From Candidatus Poribacteria bacterium (lineage in GTDB: Bacteria; Poribacteria; WGA-4E; PCPOR2b), in NCBI GenBank assembly GCA_965218095.1, contig OZ244587.1:320001-384000 (forward strand): a DNA stretch of 64,000 bases. Direction: 5' to 3'. The position numbers and the translations under genes are program-made. The notes below the pieces were generated by a model that did no database searches, was not told the DNA's origin, and saw only the letters and a list, made by a program, of their open reading frames with translations. Shown piece by piece: positions 1-11,838 of this stretch (positions within the stretch are counted from its first letter, which is position 1; each line of letters begins with the position of its first letter).

Positions 1-143
1 ACGGATGTTCCACCGGTCTCAGGTCCTTCCGTTGGGCTGAGATTTGCGGGCTCGGGCGGCGGATTGCAGCCTCCACAACCAGAAACCCAGGTCAATACAA
101 ATGCGAATACAAAAACTGTTGCGACATTTCTGAGTTTCTTCAT
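1..143 (-). CDS. N-terminus of a secreted lipoprotein, possibly IPT/TIG domain (runs off window)
   Basis: Manual translation MKKLRNVATVFVFAFVLTWVSGCGGCNPPPEPANLSPTEGPETGGT; signal peptide with lipobox VSGC; AGGAGA RBS upstream. Confidence 0.65.
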   Translation of the reverse strand, partial: MKKLRNVATVFVFAFVLTWVSGCGGCNPPPEPANLSPTEGPETGGTS

Positions 144-380
144 TTGTTTTTCTCCTGAACGTTTAGATGAGATTCAAAATCCTTGGTACAAAGGATAAAT
201 TGGGTGATAACCTTTTCTAGTATACAGGTTAATGGGAGGTTTGTCAACACTTTTTATGGGGAAACACACTTCCAGAGAAGTCACCCCGGAAAATTGGGGG
301 CTTCAAGGAAAGAGAATTTCCCCAAGGCCATATCTTTGACGAATCATGCACTGCGCTGTTGGAGTTGATTTTCCTTGCTG

Positions 381-737
381 TCATTCGTTGCGGACTTTGA
401 AGTTCGTCGTGGACCGCTGAAGTGAAGCGTTTGTAGCACAGTCAATCGGCGTGAACGCCTCACCCTTTCGTTTGCTCATCCCGTGAATCGCCCGGGCAAA
501 TAGCTCTTTGCCGATGCCTGTTTCTCCCTGAAGGAGAATGGGGAGATCGGTCGGTTCATACTTTTCAACCAATTGCCAGACCTGCTGAATCTGGGGACTT
601 TCTCCGATAATCGCGCTACGCATGGATAGCTTCTGAAAGCTTTCCCTCTCATTGTCTCTGAGTAACGCGCTCACCGCTTGTTTGAGTTTCTGATTATCAA
701 ACGGCTTTTCAATGAAATCATATTGAGTAAAACACAA
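381..737 (-). pseudogene. Fragment of an NtrC-like sigma-54 response regulator
   Basis: YDFIEKPF receiver end, IIGESP and Walker A GETGIGKE; truncated just after IDC, no GAFTGA and no receiver N-terminus. Confidence 0.8.
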
Positions 738-774
738 AGATGTGGTAAAATAGAGAAAAGAAGGGAGATAATTT

Positions 775-1188
775 ATGTCCCAAAATTTCCGCTTTCGGAA
801 ATTACCATCGAACTTCCAGAGCCGATTATTGTCCGATTACGCGAACAAGCCCACAAGTTAGAAAAGTCGCTTGAAAATCTGGTCGCGCAGCAAATTGTGA
901 ATACGTTCGATTTTGCGATTCCTACCGATTGTCGATGAGATTGGCCACATCACTGCGCTAATTTGGGATGTCTTTGAGTCGTTTAATACGGTTTATTATC
1001 AACTCATCCCGGATTTTGAACTAACGCCATCAACAGATACTGAAAAACTCGGGAATTTATTGATGGACATTAAGCTTGAACTTCAGCGCATTGCCCAACA
1101 TACTTCTGATGCCGATGAATCTTGGTTGCAGCTTGCCAACTTATGCTATGAGGCAAAAGACAAGGAGGAACCAAATGAACGTCCATGA
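775..1188 (+). pseudogene. Hypothetical protein, probably one gene split by frameshifts (ORFs 678-938 and 913-1188)
   Basis: RBS-like GGGAGA before ATG 775; protein-like segments in overlapping frames; 3' end overlaps sucC start. Confidence 0.35.
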
Positions 1189-2350
1189 ATACCAAGCGAA
1201 AGAAATCCTGAAAGCACACGGCGTCAATGTCCCACGCGGGGAAGTGGCGTCAACCCCCGATGAAGCAGAAACGATTGCCCGCAAGCTGAGTTGTCCGATG
1301 TACGTCGTGAAGGCGCAAATCCACGCCGGAGGACGCGGAAAAGGTGGAGGCGTCAAACTCGCGGACAGCCCAGAGGAAGTCAGAGAGCACGCCAAAGCCA
1401 TCCTCGGTATGCAGCTTGTTACCCATCAGACGGGCCCCGAAGGGAAACTCGTTCGCAAAGTGCTGGTTGCTGAAGCGAATGAGATTGAGAAGGAGCTTTA
1501 TCTCAGCGTGGTCGGAGATCGCGCGAGCTCGCGGGTTGTGATGATGGGCAGCGAGGAGGGCGGTGTGGATATTGAAGAGGTTGCTGCGAACCGTCCCGAA
1601 AAGATCCTCAAGGAGACAATCGATCCGGCGATTGGGTTGTCTCCCTTCCAAGCGAGGAAGCTGGCTTACGGTTTGAATATTCCGAAAGACCTCATCGGCA
1701 AAGCAACGACGTTGATGACCGCTTTGTACAACACCTTCATCGACTGTGATTGTTCGCTCGCCGAGATCAACCCGCTCGCTATCACGAGAACCGCTGATGG
1801 GCAGGACATTGTGGCTCTTGATGCCAAGCTCAATTTCGATGACAACGCGCTTTGGCGGCATGAAGATATTGAGGCAATGCGCGATCCGCACGAGGAGGAT
1901 GCCCGTGAGTTAGAAGCCGGAAAATCGGGCTTGAGCTACATCAGCCTAGACGGAAATATCGGGTGCATGGTTAATGGAGCGGGGCTTGCGATGGCAACGA
2001 TGGATCTGATTAAGCTGCACGGCGGCGAACCCGCGAATTTCCTTGATGTTGGTGGCGGTGCGACGGCGGAAGCTGTTACGCACGCTTTCCGACTGATTCT
2101 CGCCGACGAAAAGGTGAAGGCGGTCCTCGTCAATATTTTCGGTGGTATCATGCAGTGCGATGTGATCGCCAACGGGATTATTGAGGCGGTCAAGCAGATT
2201 GATCTGAAAGTCCCGCTTGTTGTGCGGTTGGAAGGCACGAACGTGGAATTTGGGAAGCAGATTCTTGCGGATTCAGACTTGAATTTGATTGCTGCTGATG
2301 GGCTTGCAGAAGCGGCGCAGAAAGCGGTATTCGCAGCGAAAGGAGGGTGA
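1175..2350 (+). CDS. sucC: Succinyl-CoA synthetase beta subunit
   Basis: MNVHEYQAK start, [41 protein letters not shown]. Confidence 0.97.
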   Translation: MNVHEYQAKEILKAHGVNVPRGEVASTPDEAETIARKLSCPMYVVKAQIHAGGRGKGGGVKLADSPEEVREHAKAILGMQLVTHQTGPEGKLVRKVLVAEANEIEKELYLSVVGDRASSRVVMMGSEEGGVDIEEVAANRPEKILKETIDPAIGLSPFQARKLAYGLNIPKDLIGKATTLMTALYNTFIDCDCSLAEINPLAITRTADGQDIVALDAKLNFDDNALWRHEDIEAMRDPHEEDARELEAGKSGLSYISLDGNIGCMVNGAGLAMATMDLIKLHGGEPANFLDVGGGATAEAVTHAFRLILADEKVKAVLVNIFGGIMQCDVIANGIIEAVKQIDLKVPLVVRLEGTNVEFGKQILADSDLNLIAADGLAEAAQKAVFAAKGG

Positions 2351-2351
2351 A

Positions 2352-3587
2352 ATGAGAAGACATTGGAACCGTCTAATTCTTATTGGGTATGGGTGCATGG
2401 TGCTGTTGTGTCTATTCGGATGTTTTGATGCCGATTATCCAACGAATACTATCGGCGATGTATTTGGGGGCATTGATGATCCGGATTTTTCAAGCGTTGC
2501 TTCGGCTAACACAAAATTTGGGTTCACGCTGCTTATGGATCTCCGAGAACGAGAACCCGGAGAGAATATTTTTATCTCTCCATTGAGCATCTCGATTGCG
2601 CTGACCATGACCTATAACGGAGCCGTTGGAGAAACAGAACGCGCCATGGCAGAAGTGTTAGAAATAGAGGGATTAGACCTGGACACAGTCAATTATTCCA
2701 ACGCAGCATTACGAAAAAGCCTCGAAAACCCTGATCCGAAAGTCGAAATCTCGATTGCAAATTCAATCTGGTCGCGCCAGGGGGTCGAATTCAACCCTGA
2801 TTTTTTAGATCGAAATCGCTTATTTTTTGAAGCGGAGATTGCCTCGCTTGATTTTAGCACGCCGCAAGCGACGGAAATCATCAACAGGTGGGTTGATACA
2901 AACACGAATGGCAAGATTCAGAAAATCGTTGAAAAGATTAACCCGCAAACACTGCTTTTCTTGGTTAACGCTATCTATTTCAAGGGTAACTGGCAGGAGG
3001 AGTTCAATAAGTTAAAAACACGGGCGGGCATTTTTCATCTGCCAGATGGGAGTAAGAAGCGGGTAAAGATGATGCGTCGAGAGGGAGCGTACCCATACTT
3101 CCGCGGTAAGAATTTTGAAGCAGCGAGCTTACCGTATGGTGATGGACAAGTGAGCATGTATATCTTCCTCCCCAGCCGCAACTCCAGCCTCAATGAATTT
3201 TTGGAAGATCTGAACGCGGAAAATTGGGCAAGCTGGCTGTCACAGTTTTCCCCAGTACGGGAAGACAGTACGATGATACTTCCCCGTTTCAAACTGGAAT
3301 ATGAAGTAAATCTCAACGACACGCTCAAAGCATTAGGGATGGACATCGCTTTCAATAGCGGTGCCGATTTTACCGGCATGGGACCAAGCCTTTTTATCAG
3401 TGAGGTTCAGCATAAAACCTTCGTGGAAGTAAACGAAAAGGGTACAGAAGCGGCCGCTGTCACTGCTGTCGTGGGAGTTACGTCTGTACCGCCGGTCTTC
3501 CGGGTAGACCGTCCCTTCTTTTTCGCCATTCATGACGCCAAAACGGAGACCATACTGTTCATGGGGATCGTCACGGAACCGATGTAG
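2352..3587 (+). CDS. Serpin family lipoprotein
   Basis: NIFISPLSI, NAIYFKGNW, hinge EKGTEAAAVT, FRVDRPFFF; lipobox LFGC. Confidence 0.95.
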   Translation: MRRHWNRLILIGYGCMVLLCLFGCFDADYPTNTIGDVFGGIDDPDFSSVASANTKFGFTLLMDLREREPGENIFISPLSISIALTMTYNGAVGETERAMAEVLEIEGLDLDTVNYSNAALRKSLENPDPKVEISIANSIWSRQGVEFNPDFLDRNRLFFEAEIASLDFSTPQATEIINRWVDTNTNGKIQKIVEKINPQTLLFLVNAIYFKGNWQEEFNKLKTRAGIFHLPDGSKKRVKMMRREGAYPYFRGKNFEAASLPYGDGQVSMYIFLPSRNSSLNEFLEDLNAENWASWLSQFSPVREDSTMILPRFKLEYEVNLNDTLKALGMDIAFNSGADFTGMGPSLFISEVQHKTFVEVNEKGTEAAAVTAVVGVTSVPPVFRVDRPFFFAIHDAKTETILFMGIVTEPM

Positions 3588-3616
3588 TCAGCGGAAGACT
3601 CAACCGCACAAGGTAA

Positions 3617-5065
<1,449 letters not shown>

Positions 5066-5220
5066 AACCGCGCGCTGTTACCCCGGAGTTAGGATGTTCA
5101 GCCGGTAATGGGTCGCCCGGCTAAAGCCTCGACATCCAGCAACCATCCATCAGTTTGAACTTGACAGATCACTAGGCATACGGGGCTCGATTGCGGTTTT
5201 GATTCACGTTTCACGCCCTA

Positions 5221-5379
5221 GGTTCTGTTGACATTTGACGGATTGAACCAATCTCCGTTCCGAGAGTCTTCGACCTGATGCACCTTGAGGCGATTTAGGA
5301 CAACCGCCTGGGTTTTTGGCGGGTCGCGCGATGATTACAGCGTTTCCCGAATTCGCGATAGCGAAATGTCAACACGCCC
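5221..5379. mobile_element. MITE derived from the IS5-family element present in this window
   Basis: Left end GGTTCTGTTGACATTT identical to IS TIRs at 31054 and 52828; right end AAATGTCAACACGCCC; TA on both sides; no transposase. Confidence 0.75.
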
Positions 5380-5389
5380 TAATGAACAA

Positions 5390-5767
5390 ATGACACAGAT
5401 TGATTTTTCATTGACAGACAAGGTTGTTCTCGTGACGGGTGCGGGGAAAGGCATTGGTAAGGAGATTGCGCTGGCTGGCGCGGATGTCGCCGTAGGGAGC
5501 CGCACCGTGAGCGAGGTCGAACAGGTAGTGGCGGAGATTCGCAAGACGGGGCGACATGCAGAGGCATAGCGGCTGGATGTGACGTGGGTTCCGAGCATTC
5601 ACGAATTTGTGGATAAAACACTTGATGTTTTTGGGTGCATCAATGTGATGGGGCGTCTCGCGAAACCGGAGGAGATGGCGGCGGCGGTTATCTATCTCGC
5701 AAGCGATGCGGCTCGTATGGTTACCGGGCATATCCTCGTCGTCGATGGCGGTTGGACGGCGGTCTAA
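5390..5767 (+). pseudogene. SDR oxidoreductase pseudogene
   Basis: TGAGKGIG and C-terminal [10 protein letters not shown] present; in-frame TAG at 5567; large internal deletion removes YxxxK. Confidence 0.85.
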
Positions 5768-5787
5768 TGAAAGGAAGGATAGGGACA

Positions 5788-6651
5788 ATGACACAATTGA
5801 CTTCAAATGGTGTACCACTGGATATGTCGCCAAAAACATTCGGTGAACTACGTGAATCGAATGACTTGCTTGACAATATGCCCGCCTTGAGGGAACGCAT
5901 GGCGGGGGACGGCTACCTCTTGCTCCGTGATTTCCTGAACTTGCAGTGTGTCATGGAAGCCCGGCGAGCCGTGTTAGAAGTGTTGGCTGAACATGAGATG
6001 CTGGACGAAAACTATCCCTTGATGGACGCACGGACAGCAAAGGGTGACAACAGAGCGTTTCGCTCGGCGATCAGCAGCCAAGCAGCATTGGGGAAGTTAC
6101 CCGCCGTGCGAAAGCTGGTGCACTCCGGTCAGATGATCGAGTTCTACACCGCATTTCTCGGCGGCGACGTTCGGTCGTTTGATTTCGTCTGGATGCGGGT
6201 GATGGGGCCCGGCAGATCCACTTCACCGCATTACGACATCGTGTACATGGGGCGGGGGACAACGAATCTGTACACCTCGTGGACGCCGCTGGGAGACGCC
6301 CCCATAAGCGACGGCTCGCTAATGATCCTTGAAAATTCTCATCGTCTGGAAGAGGTCAAAGCCAGTTATGGACGGATGGATGTGGACAAAAAGGGCAATT
6401 GGAAAAAAACGGGCGGGCACTACGGCAAAGACCCCGCGGTGCTCCAAAAAAGATTCGGGCTCCGCTGGCTGACAACGGACTTCCGCGCCGGGGATCTGTT
6501 AATATTTTCCATGTACACGATGCACTGCTCGCTGGACAATGTTTCGGACCGGATTCGGCTCTCTTCAGACACGCGCTACCAATTGGCGTCAGAGCCGGTG
6601 GATGAACGTTGGATCGGCGAAAATCCAATCGCCCATTCCAAGCGGGAATAA
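5788..6651 (+). CDS. Phytanoyl-CoA dioxygenase (PhyH) family Fe(II)/2OG oxygenase
   Basis: PHYD (HxD), WTPLGD, distal His in MHCS, RLSSDTRY. Confidence 0.88.
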   Translation: MTQLTSNGVPLDMSPKTFGELRESNDLLDNMPALRERMAGDGYLLLRDFLNLQCVMEARRAVLEVLAEHEMLDENYPLMDARTAKGDNRAFRSAISSQAALGKLPAVRKLVHSGQMIEFYTAFLGGDVRSFDFVWMRVMGPGRSTSPHYDIVYMGRGTTNLYTSWTPLGDAPISDGSLMILENSHRLEEVKASYGRMDVDKKGNWKKTGGHYGKDPAVLQKRFGLRWLTTDFRAGDLLIFSMYTMHCSLDNVSDRIRLSSDTRYQLASEPVDERWIGENPIAHSKRE

Positions 6652-6830
6652 AACGAGGATAAAGGCAAAGGCCCCGCGTCAATTCGCAGTCAAATTCGTC
6701 GCCGAACCCCGATCTTCGATCGGGGTTTCTCATGGCGAATTTCTAACTTGGAAGAACACGCTGGAATAAAAACCCAGTAAATGTTATTATATTCCACAGA
6801 GAACAGAACCATAACAAACAGGAGGTCATT

Positions 6831-7199
6831 ATGATTATACGAAACTGGCGTGACTCAATTCCCTATGTTGGTCACGAAAGCAAGATTATCTGGCCCGTAC
6901 TCACCCGTGCAGGGAACGAAAACGCCAATCCGCCGGAGGCTGCGTGCCTGCTGGGACTGAGCAATTTCACGCGACATGTGATTCAAGGGCGCGTCACGTC
7001 TGATTACCACGACCACGCAGACAAGGAGCAGGTTTACTACTTCATCAGAGGTCGTGGCAAGATGTTGATTGACGGTCAGGAGTATCCCGTCACAGCGGGC
7101 GACGCGGTGCATTTGCCGCCCAAGACGAAGCACGGGGTCATCAACGACGGCGAGGATGAAATTGAGTACTTGAACATTAGCGCACCCGTTGGATCCTAA
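6831..7199 (+). CDS. Cupin domain protein
   Basis: HDHADKEQVYY and GDAVHLPPKTKH cupin motifs; GGAGG RBS. Confidence 0.9.
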   Translation: MIIRNWRDSIPYVGHESKIIWPVLTRAGNENANPPEAACLLGLSNFTRHVIQGRVTSDYHDHADKEQVYYFIRGRGKMLIDGQEYPVTAGDAVHLPPKTKHGVINDGEDEIEYLNISAPVGS

Positions 7200-7249
7200 G
7201 TTGCCGGACGTTGGACGAATCATCTTACGCATTACGTTAAGGAGCTATT

Positions 7250-8056
7250 ATGATCAAACTCGGCGTTTACGGTTCATATTTTGGCAAGGACGAGCCCAAG
7301 ACACTACCTTATGTTGAAGACTTCATTGACCTTGCCTACGAATTGAAATTGGACGTAATTGATTTCCGCGCGGATGTTGGGTTTCGCTCGCAAGAGCAAG
7401 ATTACCTGCGCGACATCAAGATTAAGTGTGTGAAAGCTGGGCTGCCGATCGGCTATCTAGCGACCGGCGGCCATTTTGTGGGTACCGACGATGAATTGCG
7501 GGAGAAATTGGAACGGTGCAAAGCGGATTTAGATACGGCGGTTTTTCTCGGTGCCCCAATGGTCCGTTCATTTTGCGGGGTTCCGCCGGAAAGCGCCGAA
7601 GGCAGGGCACGTGAAGTCAACTGTTTCCAAGAACTCTGCGACGCCGCCGCCGAAAAGGGCGTCATCGTCGGTGTGCAGAATCACCCGTGCACGGGCGATG
7701 GCGTCCTGCGCCTCCTGCGCGATACGGACCGCGAGAACTTCACTTTTATTCTGGATACCGGACAGTGGGTGGGGTCGCCTGTGAAGAACCGCGGGGTTCC
7801 CGATCCAAACGTGGATATCTATGAGTATATGGAACAGACCGCTCCCTACGCCTCGTATGTCCGCGCGAAGGTCTACAAGGTCGATACCGGGCGCGAGGAG
7901 TGGCTGGATTATGAGCGGATTGTTGAAATTCTGAAATCGGTGAATTTCAACGGTTGTATGTCCATCACATTTGAAGGCAAGGATGCCAACGAATGCGATG
8001 ACAAAGAAACCTTCAGGCGGGCGGCTAAGTATCTGCGCGAATTGCTTGCCGCCTAG
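7250..8056 (+). CDS. Sugar phosphate isomerase/epimerase (AP endonuclease 2 TIM barrel)
   Basis: VQNH, LDTG, ITFEG motifs; AAGGAG RBS. Confidence 0.85.
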   Translation: MIKLGVYGSYFGKDEPKTLPYVEDFIDLAYELKLDVIDFRADVGFRSQEQDYLRDIKIKCVKAGLPIGYLATGGHFVGTDDELREKLERCKADLDTAVFLGAPMVRSFCGVPPESAEGRAREVNCFQELCDAAAEKGVIVGVQNHPCTGDGVLRLLRDTDRENFTFILDTGQWVGSPVKNRGVPDPNVDIYEYMEQTAPYASYVRAKVYKVDTGREEWLDYERIVEILKSVNFNGCMSITFEGKDANECDDKETFRRAAKYLRELLAA

Positions 8057-8523
8057 CATAAATTATAACTTAATTCACGCTATAGCAAGCGTGCAGACAC
8101 GATAAACAATCAAGGAGGTTGTAAGGTGAGAAGATGGGAGATCAATTAAAGAAGACTTTACGTCTCATCCTTGATAACGAACGTGGCAATTTTTTGGGGA
8201 AGCGTTTTAATGACGAATTCAAAATGGCTTTTTTATCCGCTGCGAAAATGAACGTGGGAAGATTGAAGGATTTAAGGCCCCAGATAAAAACATTATGATT
8301 TCTGACGTGATTAATGCGCTTGAAGGGATTGATCTGTCGAAACAGGTTAAAAGTTTATTCCTGAATTAAACTAGGCAGATTACGGCACTCCGATTGACAA
8401 CAATGATTCTTGTTAGTCTTGAAAATCGAGAAGACGGTGTGGACTTGGAGGATGCCACTTAATTGCCCATTGAAACCCCTACAAACGGAGGCATTGTATC
8501 CTGATAGCACGGAAGGAGTACAC

Positions 8524-9444
8524 ATGGGCAAGCCCATGCACACAATCAGTCGGTTTCCAACAGAAGCAGTGGATCGGATCGCGGCAGATTTTCGCGGGCG
8601 TATCGGCTTCTACATTGAGGACCTAACCACTGGAATCACACACGAGCACAATGCCGATCAACGCTTTCCGACCGCGAGCGTCTGCAAGGTTCCGGTGATG
8701 ATCGAGTTGTTCCGCCAGGTCGAGGAGGGGTGTCTTTCTCTGGATGAACGCCGGCGGCTTCAAGGAGACATTTCTACCCACGGGTCCGGTGTGCTGAAGC
8801 TGATGGAGGATGAACCGGAACTGACCCTCCACGACTATTGTCGGCTGATGATCAGCATCAGCGATAACATGGCAACTGATTTCTTGCTAGGGGTTGTTGG
8901 GCTGGACTCCGTCAACGCCATGTTGGATGCGCTGGGTTTTCCCAACACCCGGACCAGCGTGACTATGGGCCGCTATCATTACCGGATGTTTGGCATGGAT
9001 GATGTACCGTGCAACCGGAAGAACGACGAAGTGCAACACGAGCGGTCACAGACGCACGGAATCGACTTCAACAGCGTGTCGTTCCAGGATTCTCTGGAGA
9101 ATAACGTCGCCACACCGAGGGACATGGGGGCTATCCTGAAGGGACTTTATCACGGTCAAATCGTCAGCCCCTCCGCGTCTGCTGCGATGATCAAGATGCT
9201 CAAATGCTGCAACGACCGCCGTATGATTCCCCGCGACCTGGGCACTGAGATTCCAATCGCGCACAAGATTGGGTCGAGCGGCCGCATCAAGGGGGATGTG
9301 GGAATCGCCTTCCTGCCGACGGGCCCGCTGGTTATCTCTGCGTTTGCACTTGCCAGCGAAGACGGCGTCCGAGGGGATGAAGCCATTGCCCGGATTAGTC
9401 GGTTGGCGGTGGAAACATTCTCACCCGACAGCATTGCCCAATAA
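8524..9444 (+). CDS. Class A beta-lactamase-related serine hydrolase
   Basis: SxxK (ASVCK), SDN, HKIG (KTG variant), TPRDM. Confidence 0.88.
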   Translation: MGKPMHTISRFPTEAVDRIAADFRGRIGFYIEDLTTGITHEHNADQRFPTASVCKVPVMIELFRQVEEGCLSLDERRRLQGDISTHGSGVLKLMEDEPELTLHDYCRLMISISDNMATDFLLGVVGLDSVNAMLDALGFPNTRTSVTMGRYHYRMFGMDDVPCNRKNDEVQHERSQTHGIDFNSVSFQDSLENNVATPRDMGAILKGLYHGQIVSPSASAAMIKMLKCCNDRRMIPRDLGTEIPIAHKIGSSGRIKGDVGIAFLPTGPLVISAFALASEDGVRGDEAIARISRLAVETFSPDSIAQ

Positions 9445-9527
9445 TTCGCTTGGCCCCTTGCGAAGGTTCGGAACCTTTGCAAGGTTAGTATTTTATGAAA
9501 ATCCAACTTTACCATGGAGGAAACAAA

Positions 9528-10121
9528 ATGGCAGAAATACACAGTACTTGGAAACGTGATTTTGATGTGTACGACCGACTCAAAAAACTCGGTATCGATC
9601 TGGGAACGAAAGAAGGTTCGGTTTCCGATCCACGCGGTCGGCGTATCTGTAATCTCACCTTTACGCCATCGGGTCTGGTCTTTGCATCGGGCACAGGTGG
9701 TGGTTCAGGACCGGTGACCAATGATGACCAGGATGTGGAAGCCGGCTACCAAGCAGGTTGTGAAGCTGGGATCAGCCACATCTGCTCTCTGCACTGGGGC
9801 TTAGATCCTTTTGGGACATTGAACGATGTTTGGTATTGTGTCAAATGTATCGGCATGGTCAATTCACATGGCGGCGGCTCTTTCTCGAAATCGCCCATGG
9901 TTGTGGATGGCTATACCAAAGTTTTTCATGACGTGTTTGGTGGTCCGCTATCTGAATGGGCCGAGGATGGCATGGACACGTCATTATCCGGCTGGCATGC
10001 ACGCAGCGCCGTGGCCGGATTTGATCTGCCAGGCCACTGTAAGATCGAGCCCGAGATGATTTTCCAGATTGATCCAGATCTGGCAATCAGAATCATCCGG
10101 GAACGCGGGCCGCATATCTAA
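9528..10121 (+). CDS. RidA/YjgF-like protein
   Basis: GMVNS, VVDGY, HARSAVA and IEPEMIF resemble Rid-family motifs. Confidence 0.65.
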   Translation: MAEIHSTWKRDFDVYDRLKKLGIDLGTKEGSVSDPRGRRICNLTFTPSGLVFASGTGGGSGPVTNDDQDVEAGYQAGCEAGISHICSLHWGLDPFGTLNDVWYCVKCIGMVNSHGGGSFSKSPMVVDGYTKVFHDVFGGPLSEWAEDGMDTSLSGWHARSAVAGFDLPGHCKIEPEMIFQIDPDLAIRIIRERGPHI

Positions 10122-10185
10122 GATAAATACTCTTCGAAAGGCGGGTTGACTCTCTTTTGAAAGGGTGTCTTTAGTTGGAGGCGCT

Positions 10186-11085
10186 ATGTCCGTTCATTTT
10201 GTTTTTTTGACCGACAATCATCACTACCCCGGTGCACCGAAAGACTACGGAGCGCCGAAGATGTTGACGCATAGCCGAACAGTTCTGGATGCAATCGTTC
10301 CAACGGTAAATGCACTTAAACCTGATTTCATCGTCCACGGGGGCGATCTCCTTTGCGGGGGCAACTCGTTTGACTTGCCGTGGACGACCTATTTGCAATC
10401 GATTGACGAGGTCGCAGAGGTGTTTGCTGGCTTCGAGGTGCCGGCGTATTACGTCCCAGGCAACCATGACTCGGATGCAGAACACGGGTCTTTTGAGCCG
10501 CTTGCGAAACGATTTCCCATCCCCGAAACGATCGATGTCGTTGACGCCGGGCCGCGTCTGCGTCTCGCGCTCGCCAACGTCTATCATCAGTGTAACCCGG
10601 TCAAAGAGGGAAACGGTGTCTGGACCGACGCGCTTGATAAGGCGCTCCGTGAAGCGGCAGAAAAAGCATATCACGAGGGATGTGCGATACTGCTAGTGCT
10701 CCACACCTGGGTGCTGCCAAACTATGAGGAGGATATCTCCAAGGGCATCTTGGGTGGGGTGGATCGTTTACTGGAGACCGTGGAGGAAAATCCTGCCATT
10801 GTCGCACTATTCACGGGGCATAGACATATCAACCGTATTCAGATGTGCCGTGATTTTCTGGTCGTTGATACCGCATGCCTGATCGGTTTTCCGATGGGAT
10901 TTCGGGAGATTCAACTCCAGGACGATGGATATTTCGTCACGCACTTTCATCAACTGGATCTGCCCGAGCTCATCCAGGCGTCATATGATTGTTCCAGCGT
11001 TGAAGCGAACAATGCCTGGCAAGGAGAAATTCGCGACCGCGATACGGCGATTCTCTTGCCAAGGCTTAGAGAGATTTGGCGTTAA
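10186..11085 (+). CDS. Metallophosphoesterase
   Basis: TDNH, GGD, PGNHD, GHRH calcineurin-like motifs. Confidence 0.9.
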   Translation: MSVHFVFLTDNHHYPGAPKDYGAPKMLTHSRTVLDAIVPTVNALKPDFIVHGGDLLCGGNSFDLPWTTYLQSIDEVAEVFAGFEVPAYYVPGNHDSDAEHGSFEPLAKRFPIPETIDVVDAGPRLRLALANVYHQCNPVKEGNGVWTDALDKALREAAEKAYHEGCAILLVLHTWVLPNYEEDISKGILGGVDRLLETVEENPAIVALFTGHRHINRIQMCRDFLVVDTACLIGFPMGFREIQLQDDGYFVTHFHQLDLPELIQASYDCSSVEANNAWQGEIRDRDTAILLPRLREIWR

Positions 11086-11107
11086 TCGCATAGAAAAGGA
11101 GAAGCAA

Positions 11108-11800
11108 ATGAGAATTCTTGTCACTGGCGCCGCCGGTGCTATTGGTTCGACCATAGTGAAAGGTATGAAAGACAGGTATTCCCTGCGCGGTCTCGACCGC
11201 GTGCCGATGCCTGACCTCGAAGATGCAATTGTCGGAGATGTCACTGACTTCGACATCGTCCTCAAAGCCACCAGAGACATGGACGCGGTGGTTCATCTAG
11301 CAGGTAACCCATCCGGGGGGGCGCCGTGGGAGGAAATACTCCCGAACAACTTCATCGGTACATACAACGTTTTTGAAGCTGCACGGCAAAACAAGGTGCG
11401 TCGTATCGCTTTTGCCAGCCGCGCTGGGCTGCTCGCACCTTACCCCAAAAACATCATGCGGACAGTTGATATGATGCCCCGACCAGAGAGCTACTATTCG
11501 ATTAGCAAAGTGTTCGGGGAGAGTTTGGGCTATATGTACTCCGCCCGGTTCGACATGGAATTCGTGGGAGTTCGGATTGGCAATTTCAAGCGCGATCGAG
11601 ACCTTCCCGTACATCCGCATCAACTTAGCCACGGCGATGCAGTCCGTGTGTTCGAGCAAGCCGTGACGCAGCCGGACGTAAAGTTCGAGATTGTGTTCGG
11701 CGTCTCTGACAGCACTTGGCAGCTTTACGATTTGGAACATGGGCGGAAGGTTCTCAACTATCATCCACAAGATAAGTCGGAAGTGGATCTCGAAGTCTGA
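11108..11800 (+). CDS. NAD-dependent epimerase/dehydratase (uronate dehydrogenase-like)
   Basis: TGAAGAIG, HLAG, YSISK (YxxxK), RIGN. Confidence 0.88.
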   Translation: MRILVTGAAGAIGSTIVKGMKDRYSLRGLDRVPMPDLEDAIVGDVTDFDIVLKATRDMDAVVHLAGNPSGGAPWEEILPNNFIGTYNVFEAARQNKVRRIAFASRAGLLAPYPKNIMRTVDMMPRPESYYSISKVFGESLGYMYSARFDMEFVGVRIGNFKRDRDLPVHPHQLSHGDAVRVFEQAVTQPDVKFEIVFGVSDSTWQLYDLEHGRKVLNYHPQDKSEVDLEV

Positions 11801-11838
11801 GACGAAACAGAGGAGAGCATCGGCCAAAAGGAGTTGCT

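Noticed and set aside
8524-9444. Bona fide antibiotic-resistance beta-lactamase
   Set aside because: No signal peptide and a variant KTG motif; better described as a related cytoplasmic serine hydrolase.
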